64,000 nt of DNA from the human T2T-CHM13v2.0 reference genome, Homo sapiens: the NCBI RefSeq assembly GCF_009914755.1, contig NC_060927.1, one strand, 5' to 3'. Below the pieces are notes generated by a model. It was not told the DNA's origin. It worked only from the letters and a program-made list of their open reading frames with translations, and made no database searches. The position numbers were made by a program, and so were the translations under genes. Position 1 is the stretch's first letter. The number at the start of each line of letters is the position of its first letter. Below, one piece after another: positions 55,721 to 64,000 of this stretch.

Positions 55721-57961
55721 ATAAGGGATACTATAATGGCTTACGAATGAATGGTTAAGGTAAATAGTGCATGTAGGTCCTTCTGCTTGGAGTCTTGTTG
55801 GGTATAACCTCAACTGAATGCTGTATGAGACAAACTAAACAGATCTGGTCTCAGTTTCTTTCAGTCAGATTAAGTAGAGTGTTGTACTCTTGGAAATATC
55901 TGCCATAGCAAAGACAACGTGGAAACAAGAGATGCAACTATTTGCAGATAATTCTACATAGATATCTCTCACAGCTACACATTTTGTGAGTAAGCACACT
56001 AACTAATTTTGTTCTGGACTATTTTCAAGGATGTCTGTAGAGCAAACAGCCTGGGTAGATCTATTGTGTCTCCCTCTGAGATAGTATTAACAAACACTCT
56101 AGTATACTATCTCTCTACAGGGCAAAGATTGCACAGGTCTGCTTTAGCTCATTATAAAATATAAGGAGTCTCTAAGCTTGGGGCTCCTCAGCTACATTCT
56201 GTGCATGTAATAAACCTAAACCTGAGCCCTATTGCATCTCAGCACTGTAAGAACTGGGGGGGAAGGGCCACTGGTGCATACATCATACTGCTTGTTGCAC
56301 TATGAGTAAAACGTCCTTTGTCCTGACACAATACCCTCATGTTTTCTGCCAGAATTCATAAAATAATAGCAGGTTAACTCATTAGCTTAAAAGCAGAGTC
56401 AAATCTCAGACCCGTATACAATTATTGATAACGGTCAGCATATTGAAAGCAAAGGTGTATTAGCTAGCATGTGGAGTAGGTAGATATCCTGAATAAGGGG
56501 GAAAAACCCACATATGATTTCCAAATTTTTATTGTTCATTCATGCACTTTTTACCCCAATGGACAAACTTCCCCTCTCCATTAACAGAGGCAATATAAAA
56601 TAACACAGTTCTCACTATCAAACCTTCAAATGAGAAAAAATTCATGCACTGTTTTTCTTAATTTGCAATTAATTAAGACAGGCATGCTTTCAGTTCATAG
56701 TTGTTATGTGGGAAATTTCTATTTTTTAATCAAATATTAATATACTAAATACAGAGTATTATTTATTTAGGAAAATACTTTGTAGAAATTATCATTAGAG
56801 TGGGATTATAAATCTTAGTCTATTGCTTTGCCAAATGAGCTGTACAAAATGTGTGTCTATAATGAATCATTCATACCATTTCAGAAATGCTGGAAAAAGA
56901 AATACAACAAGCAGGATGGAGTCCCATGGCAGTTCTATTGAACTTCATGGGTGCTGTATATTTCTGTATTATATACAAATATGTGATCATTTAAATTGTT
57001 CTATGTGTGCCTATTTTGAAGGTATAATGTGCCAGTAAGAATGTGGGTAATTAAAGGCTGTTATGCTTCAGATAATCCATATCCATAAAATTATAAAACT
57101 TTTGTAATCTGGATCTTTTCCAGAATTGCTGCCAATTTAAAATGTACTTCATCTTTTGGGAATGGATAGCAGGAATATGTGTCCTGTGACATTTGAGTAT
57201 AAATGCCCAAAGGGGACATGGGCCTTGGGAACAGCTGTTTTTCGGCCTGACTTCTTGCAAATATTAAATCTAATTTTTCCCAATTACAGCCAGCACATAT
57301 GGATGAAATACTAGTAGGGGCATCTCATTTAAAAATATCAATATAGTTAATATATGTGGGTTCATTTAAAGTTTACAGTCAGAGCAACATGAGGATAAGG
57401 ATTCAAATTTTCAGTGTCTGCTATTGGCAAACATCCAAGTGAGATAATTCAGTTGGTTGCTGTTTTTATATCAAACAAGTCTTATAACTGATTCTTATTA
57501 CTCTATAATAGTCAGAAATATTTTACAAATATAATTTAAAGAATATTTCAGATTATAGAAATGATCTGTCCTCATATGCATTCTTATGAAAATATTTGTG
57601 TTAATTATTTTAATGAAACTTCAACATTAGAAAATTATTTCACTTCTTATATATCTGCTAAATTTATATATATTCCAAAATGATATTTAAAATCCAAATT
57701 TTTAAACACTGTATTAGTTTTAAATTTCTGAAGTACCATTATGCTATCACATTCTAATTAAACATCAGCTTTTTAAAATACGATTCATGAATTTTAAAGT
57801 ATAAATTCTATGTCACCAAATGTTATTGTATATGTTTGCATTAGACTTTGTAAGGCAAAACTTCATTTGATTAATGAGTATCTCTTTATGACGCCAACAG
57901 TTCAATGAGTCCATCATTCTTAACCTGATGACAGATAAGTCTGTTGGATTGTTGAACTTTC

Positions 57962-58146
57962 TAAAAGAAAAAGAGGAAGAGAGGGAGGGGAAAGAAGGGG
58001 GAAAGAGAGAGAGAGAAGGAAGCAAGAAAGGGAAAAAAGGAAGAAAACAAGGAGAAGGGGAGAAGGAAGGGAGAAAAGGAAAAAGGGAAAGAAGGAAGGA
58101 AGGAAGAGAGGAAGGAAGGAGAAAAGGAAGGGAGAAAGGAAAGAGG
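57962..58146. repeat. GA-rich low-complexity polypurine tract
   Basis: ~185 nt almost entirely purine, with GGAA/GAAA-like units. Confidence 0.92.
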
Positions 58147-58714
58147 GTAATTAAAGAAATACAAAAATGCTATAAACAGTCATCCACCAAATAGGGGATA
58201 TTATTTAATATTTATGGTTCACTAAATGGTAACTAGAATAGGATTATAAAAATAATATGCTTTCCATCAGAAGTCATTGATCTAAGCAGAAATATTTAAC
58301 TTTATGTTTAATTACCCATGCCCACACTTCTGAATGGCATGGAAGTTCAGGTGTACAGATAATAAAGGAAAAAAGAATATACTAAATGAGAACATGTAGA
58401 GAATTTGAATGTGTTCCAAAGAAATATTGCCCATGAAAGCCGTGTTTGATTAAAATTTCCTGTTAATCTTTAAAACTAAGAGTATTTATGATCCTGATCT
58501 TGACATTCAGACATGGAATAAAGAAAATTATCTGCCCACTCCTTGAAAGAAAACATGTTTTCTTCTCATCTTTTATATCAGAAGAATTCATTTCCTTGGG
58601 GATCTGATATTTCTTTGTATCATCACATTACCTAGCAAACATCCTTACATAGAATAAGTATGCATCAAATGCTTGTGTTATAAAGGCATTTTAAAAAAAA
58701 AGTGACTTTTTATA

Positions 58715-58716
<2 letters not shown>

Positions 58717-58749
<33 letters not shown>
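58717..58749. repeat. Poly(T)33
   Basis: Pure mononucleotide run. Confidence 0.95.
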
Positions 58750-58750
<1 letters not shown>

Positions 58751-58859
58751 TAGCTGGGGTCCAAACTGCCAGTGCTGGGAGTGTAGTCAAGAACTTATTT
58801 TTCCCTTGAGTCTGGGCATAATTCTGGATGTCATCATCAGTCACTATGTGTTGACTAGA

Positions 58860-59103
58860 AGCATCAGGGTAGTAGTTAAGAGTATGATCCTCATAGCTAG
58901 ACTGGCCTAAGGCTAAATCCTGCTTTCTCCATTTCTGTGTAGCCTTTTGCAAGTTACTAAAGGTTCCCATGTCTCAGCAGCCTTACTACAGGATTACTGA
59001 GATTTAAATGAGTTAATCCACATAAGGCACTCAGAACATTGCCTAAAACATGGAAAGCACTGACAAATGGTAGCCATAATCATCATCATCATCATCATCA
59101 TTA
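58860..59103 (+). mobile_element. MIR with (CAT)n tail
   Basis: gtagttaagagtatg..gcaagttactaa..gagatttaaatgagttaatccacataaggcactcagaacattgcct. Confidence 0.8.
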
Positions 59104-59692
59104 TTTTAGAATTTTTATACCAAACACTGAACTGTGTACGCAAAACCTGAGAAGTATCTATAAGCTTTCTCTCTACTAACAAAAAGAGATAAACTTTCCC
59201 CAAAATACAGAAAAGAATCAGTTTCTTGTGCCATAAAAGGATGCAGAAAAGAGGGAGCTTTTTATTTCCCTTTTCTCAAGCAGACAAACCCTTTTGCCTA
59301 AACTTAGTAAAACTGACCAGTCAGATATGACCTCCAAAATTTCCCTTGAAAACCTTCCACGCACCATATTCTTCTGCCTATTCCTGGAGATAGTTACTGA
59401 TTAGTAATCAGTATCCTATTTAATGAGAAAAGATTTCTCACAGCTTTCTATAACATATCTCACTCTACGAAGTCCAACAGAGCTGGGGTCAGGTCAGAAA
59501 ATAGTTTTCATCATTTTTTCCCAGCTTGAATTCAAGCATATGCCTTCCTACCAGAGGCAAGCTTGACAAGACAGTGATGCACTGCATTTTATTAATTAAA
59601 TTCCCTTGATAAATGCATTCCTGGCAGAGGCAATATGATGGATATTTATACATGGATATTTATCCTTAATTTTGTGTTTTGACCCATAATGG

Positions 59693-59732
59693 ACACACAG
59701 ACACACACACACACACACATACACACACACAC
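59693..59732. repeat. (CA)n microsatellite
   Basis: Interrupted CA run. Confidence 0.95.
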
Positions 59733-61762
59733 ATCCGTTATCTGATGGCCAAGAGAAGCATATTGCACTCTGTAACCTGACTAGATTATTATTCTCAACC
59801 ATGTGCTGCCACAGAAAACAGAAAAAAGTTTAGGCTTGCAGAAGCGAAAGACTGATCCATGATGTATTTAAGAAGTAAGTAGCCCTACTACATTAATAGA
59901 ATTCTAATATACCTCATCCAGGCTTATATGGAACTTGTAACAACAGTATATTCAAGAGAATTTAACTCAAGATATATAAATTGATTGAATGCTGAACTCT
60001 ACTGCAGTTATTAGGACTAATTTCCCCCTTCTGAATCTTACACTGACATTTACACCATTTTAATAAGAACCCATTATGAGTCTCATTTTAGGGGAAGGGA
60101 TTCTATTAAGTGAAAGTAACCACATATGTATCCAAGCAAATGCCAAGTAGAACAAGAAACAGATTTTAAATGAAGTTAAAATTCATAACAGTAAAGAATG
60201 ATGGTAATACCTCATATTTGTCTAATTCTTTTTTTTAACAAAACACTTTCAAATACCCTGTCTCTTTAGTTTTCATAAAACCCTTTGTTAAAGAAAGATA
60301 TTTATCTGGAGTTCAGGCCTAACATCCTATGGATTTCTATTGCTGTTTGACAGTAGAATCTTATAAGTTGGGATATTATCAAGGCAACTTTTAAGAATAA
60401 ACCATGAGAATTGAATTAGTCATTTTTAAATGTTCTAGAAAAGTCAGTTGGCATTGGCACTAAAGAACATTACATTCCTACAATTCTTTTCCTTTTAGAA
60501 AACACGACTAATTTGCATGACAGGCCAGGTGGTCCATTTGCATAGATAAGACCAAAGAAAATGTGTGCTACACTCTGGAAGGTTGAGGGACACAGGAGGG
60601 AAAGGAATAATACAGAGTGTGCCTTTTATTTTTAATCTTTTATTTGCTAGCTCAGGCAAAGTCTAAATGGATCAGTGAGGTCCACAAATCACTTTGTTCA
60701 TTTTTTCTAACACCTGACATCTTTCAAATAAAAAAGATCATATTTATATTTTAGATATACTTAACAAAGTAAACAATAACAGAACAAAATAATAGAAAAA
60801 TACTATAGAAAAAATAGTTGAATTTAGAAGTATAAGTGTTTTAACTAATCAGAATTTTTTCTTGATTCTATTATACTTACTTTATTCTTCCATTTAAAAC
60901 ATACTATAAATCAGATTTATACCAGTTGCAGAAATAATACTTATTGTTTGCATAAAAAATTGATGGCAATGAATAGGAAAATACTTCAAGCTTCTTATAA
61001 TAAAGCTGATACAATTGTTCCACCTTCCTAAAATGGACCCTAGGAAATGATAAGACAAAATGTAATATAAACTGCAATCAAAATTGAAAAATGTAAACTG
61101 TAATAGCTATTCACAAAGCATACATTTATATACTATATAAAAAACAACAAAAACCTAAATTACAAAAAATAAGCAATGAGGCAGAACTTTGGAAAGAATT
61201 CAAAATAAAACAATTATTTAGAAATGAAGACTAAACTTAAAAAGAATACAAGAGAAATGAACATAATAAGTAATGCCTTATTTTAAGTAGAAGGTCAAAA
61301 GAAATGAATAGAGATAAATAGGATTAACAGAAAGTGATGATTCAGTAAGATAGAGAAGATAGAGAAGATTCAAGGAACAAATAATAGGAAATCCTGAAGA
61401 AAACAAACCAAGGATATAAGACAAATACTAAAGACTGAGTTCTAAGAAAAATTTTCAGAAACTTTAAAGATAAATTTGAAATTACATACCTCATATGTAC
61501 ATACTGAACATACCTTTTACCTGAGACACCAAGACATATTCTAGGAAAATTACTAGACTTTAAAGAAAAAGAAAAAAGTCTTTGGATATTAAGGTAAAAT
61601 GAACAAAGGAAAGAAATTCTGGTTCTTTTCAGACTTTTTGGTGCAATGCTTTATGCCAGAAGAAAGGAAGTACCGTATTTATGCTACTCAATGAAAGAAA
61701 ATTTGAACTGAGGATTGTATATTCAACAAAATTGACTTTCAAACATAAATGTATCCATTCTC

Positions 61763-62113
61763 TGTCAGGCCTGTGAGCCCAAGCTAAGCCATCATATCCC
61801 CTGTGACCTGCACGTACACATCCAGATGGCCGGTTCCTGCCTTAACTGATGACATTATCTTGTGAAATTCCTTCTCCTGGCTCAAAAGCTCCCCAACTGA
61901 GCACATTGTGACCCCCACTCCTGCCCGCCACAGAACAACCTCCTTTGACTGTAATTTTCCTTTACCTACCCAAATCTTATAAAACGGCCCCACCCCTATC
62001 TCCCTTTGCTGACTCTCTTTTTGGACTCAGCCTGCCTGCACCCAGGTGAAATAAACAGCCCTGTTGCTCACACAAAGCCTGCTTGGTGGTCTCTTCACAT
62101 GGACGCGAGTGAA
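61763..62113 (+). mobile_element. LTR7 (HERV-H LTR), complete U3-R-U5, short variant
   Basis: tgtcaggcctgtgagcccaagctaagccatc...TATAAAA 61978-61984, AATAAA 62050-62055, ends gcgagtgaa; preceded by TSD TTCTC at 61758-61762. Confidence 0.96.
61978..62010 (+). promoter_or_regulatory. LTR7 core promoter: TATA box, GC/GT box and predicted cap site G62008
   Basis: TATAAAA at 61978, ggccccacccc downstream, and GC dinucleotide 30 nt from the TATA start; TSS inferred from spacing only. Confidence 0.6.
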
Positions 62114-63460
62114 CGCTATCTGATTTGGATAAAGAAAAAGGAGCATTAACCTTGACTATGCCTTTAGCTTCAGCCACCTTTTTAAGAGGAAATTGCTGGG
62201 CAAGTGGGGGAGGGCTAGTCATGGAACAAAACTGTAAGTGGTACCAGGTGGAGGAACGGAGGTTGAGGAAGAATTGGGACCTAGCTTGGCCTGGCGAGGA
62301 GGGGAGAGGTCAGATGGGTCTGTAGAGAAGGAAGATTAGAAAGACTCAGTGATGCTTGGGGTTGGGACTGAGGGGACAGGCAGGAGGGAAAGAAGGAAGA
62401 TTTGGGATGAATCGCATTGGGAACAGAAAGTAGGGAGGGACTGATGTGTAAAAGAATGCCTGGAGGTCAGGCACCTCAGACCACTTGCCCATTTTACGAC
62501 AAGAATTATTTAGATCTTGTAGGATGGAAGAATTGAAAGTGCCATTTTCTGGCTATTTGGAACCACTGTCGAGTTTGTATTGTGGTCAAGTGGCATTGCA
62601 GAAGAACATAGGCATTTAGGTTTTAGGTCAGGTATGAGTTGAAGAGATTTTAGGTTTTTAAGAACGCAGGCTAAGGGAGAAGAAGGGGGAATGGAGGGCG
62701 GAAGCTTGCCCATAGTGAAGGAGGCAAGCCCAGAGAAAAGAGAGAGTAAAGACAAGGAGAGAAGGGGTGGGGGGTTCTTGCCCCCCAGAAAAGCAGAGAA
62801 GGGGTCTGGGCATGGAAATAAGGGGGTAGGGCGCAGAGATAAGAGGTTGGGGCACAGAAATAAGGGATCGGGGCACAGAGATAAGAGGTTGGGGTGTGGA
62901 AATAAGGGATCGGGGGATTCTTGCCCCCCAGAAAAGCAGAGAAGGGGTAGAGATAGGGAGAGAAGGTGTTGGGGTTCTTGCTCCTCCCCCAGAAAAGCAG
63001 GACGTGCCCCTAAGGGTGAAAGACCAAGGCAGGCGTCCCTGCGTGGTCAGACACCTCTGAAATGTGGGTGAATAATCAGAGAGGTGTCCCTGCAATGATT
63101 AAACACCAAAGGAAGGCTGCCTTCCTGAGTCCATGACCAGCGCCGGAGTTTTGGGTCCACGGATAAAACGTGTCTCCTTTGTCTCTACTAGAAAATGAAA
63201 GGAATTGAAATTAAGAGAAGGGAGAGATTGAAGTGTGGCGCCAAGATTGAAAGGAGAAAGTGGTTGAGGGATAGTGAGAGAGGTTGCAGAAGAGAGTAAG
63301 AAGAGGCCGCTTACCTGATTTAAAATTGGTGAGATGTTCCTTGGGCTGGTGGGTCTGAGGACCTGAGGTGGTAGTTGGATCTTTCTCATGGAGCAAAATG
63401 CAGGAGGATAGGGGATTGATCTCCCAAGGGAGGTCCCCCTATCCGAGTCACGGCACCAAA
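62114..63460 (-). mobile_element. HERV-H internal leader/gag segment, inverted relative to the flanking LTR ends
   Basis: Minus strand starts tttggtgccgtgactcggatagggggacctcccttgggagatcaatcccc; major splice donor aatcag|gtaagc at ~63309-63317; leader tandem repeats at 62760-63000. Confidence 0.95.
63441..63458 (-). other. Primer binding site for tRNA-His
   Basis: TGGTGCCGTGACTCGGAT, an 18/18 complement of the tRNA-His 3' end. Confidence 0.95.
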
Positions 63461-63650
63461 TTTCACCCGTGCCCCTGTAAAGAGACCACCAAACAGGCTT
63501 TGTGTGAGCAACAAGGCTGTTTATTTCACCTGGGTGCAGGCGGGCTGACTCTCTTTTCGGACTCAGCCCACCTGCGCCCAGGTGAAATAAACAGCCTTGT
63601 TGCTCACACAAAGCCTGTTTGGTGGTATCTTTACATGGACGTGAGTGAAA
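63461..63650. repeat. LTR7 R-U5 palindrome: 88-bp arms (63461-63548 minus, 63563-63650 plus) and a 14-nt loop
   Basis: 80/88 arm identity with a 50-bp perfect core; the ORF track gives the same peptides (CEQQGCLFHLGAGGL and PGEINSLVAHTKPVWW) on both strands; followed by TSD TTCTC at 63651-63655. Confidence 0.97.
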
Positions 63651-64000
63651 TTCTCAAAATGCAGAAATTTAAGGAACAATGTTTCTTTGAGCTCCTTCTG
63701 AGGAATCTACTAATGAACAGCTTCAGTCAACGAAAATAATTAGAGACACTGACTGGTGGTGAACATTATACACTCACATGTAGACTTAAGAGTAGCTAGT
63801 GGTTAAAAGAGATGAAGTATAATACATAACAGCTACATGCTCTGACAATGTAGACATAGTATGACTATTAGAAATAGAAAATGAGGACCATGAATACAAC
63901 AAAAATATTTAACTGTTTTCAGTCAGTATATTGGTGGTGTTAGTATTGTTATTCTAAGCAGTTAAAATATAAAGTGGTGGATGAAACAACTGAATAATTC

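Larger units (their letters stand above)
50741..56430 (+). mobile_element. Decayed two-LTR class III-type provirus (LTR40/HERVL40-like)
   Basis: Homologous LTRs at 50741-~51100 (truncated) and 55939-56430 (ttttcaag.atgt.t..a.ag..acagcct.gg.agat); remnants in order: protease NFMALLDISTQVT (~51640), RNase H SA*WGEFKAILIALA and YISTDS (~52960-53070), integrase IQWTF.TP.H (~54230), env (~55400-55720). Confidence 0.8.
60990..64000 (+). mobile_element. Old L1 ORF1-region fragment; target of the HERV-H insertion, continuing across the TSD
   Basis: caccaagacatattctaggaaaattactagactttaaaga...aggattgtatattcaacaaaattgactttcaaacataaa, resuming as ttctcaaaatgcagaaatttaagga. Confidence 0.65.

Noticed and set aside
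57928-58194. Lys/Glu/Gly/Arg-rich ORF
   Set aside because: Translation of a GA-rich low-complexity tract.
58717-58749. Orphan poly(T)33 as a solo poly(A) retrotransposition
   Set aside because: No TSD or attached element visible.
59395-59413. Palindrome tactgatta-g-taatcagta
   Set aside because: 9-bp arms are expected by chance in 64 kb of AT-rich DNA.
62027-63650. A>G/T>C differences among the three R-U5 copies as fossil ADAR editing
   Set aside because: Too few sites, not strand-consistent, and compatible with ordinary transitions.
62510-63739. Several 80-170 aa ORFs in the HERV-H element
   Set aside because: Products of leader repeats and the R-U5 palindrome; useful as symmetry evidence but not plausible genes.

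Overview
AT-rich human genomic DNA: an AluYa5 carrying all five diagnostic substitutions indicates human origin. It reads as intergenic or deep intronic sequence. I find no credible host protein-coding exon, and the ORF track is almost entirely repeat-derived noise. Roughly half the window is transposable-element debris: Alus, L1, L2, MIR, Tigger2a, MER20, many MaLR/ERVL/ERV1 solo LTRs, a decayed two-LTR HERV-L provirus (~35.9-40.9 kb) and a decayed LTR40-like class III provirus with an env remnant (~50.7-56.4 kb). The standout is a 1.9 kb rearranged HERV-H/LTR7 insertion (61763-63650) bounded by an intact 5-bp TSD. Its order is full LTR(+), then inverted gag/leader/PBS/U5-R(-), then R-U5(+), ending in an 88-bp-arm palindrome. 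The fold-back point lies exactly at the predicted viral cap site, so it looks like an integrated fossil of minus-strand strong-stop DNA self-priming and is built like an anti-HERV-H antisense/hairpin cassette. Repeat subfamily names come from recalled consensus sequences and need RepeatMasker/Dfam confirmation; boundaries of old elements are approximate.
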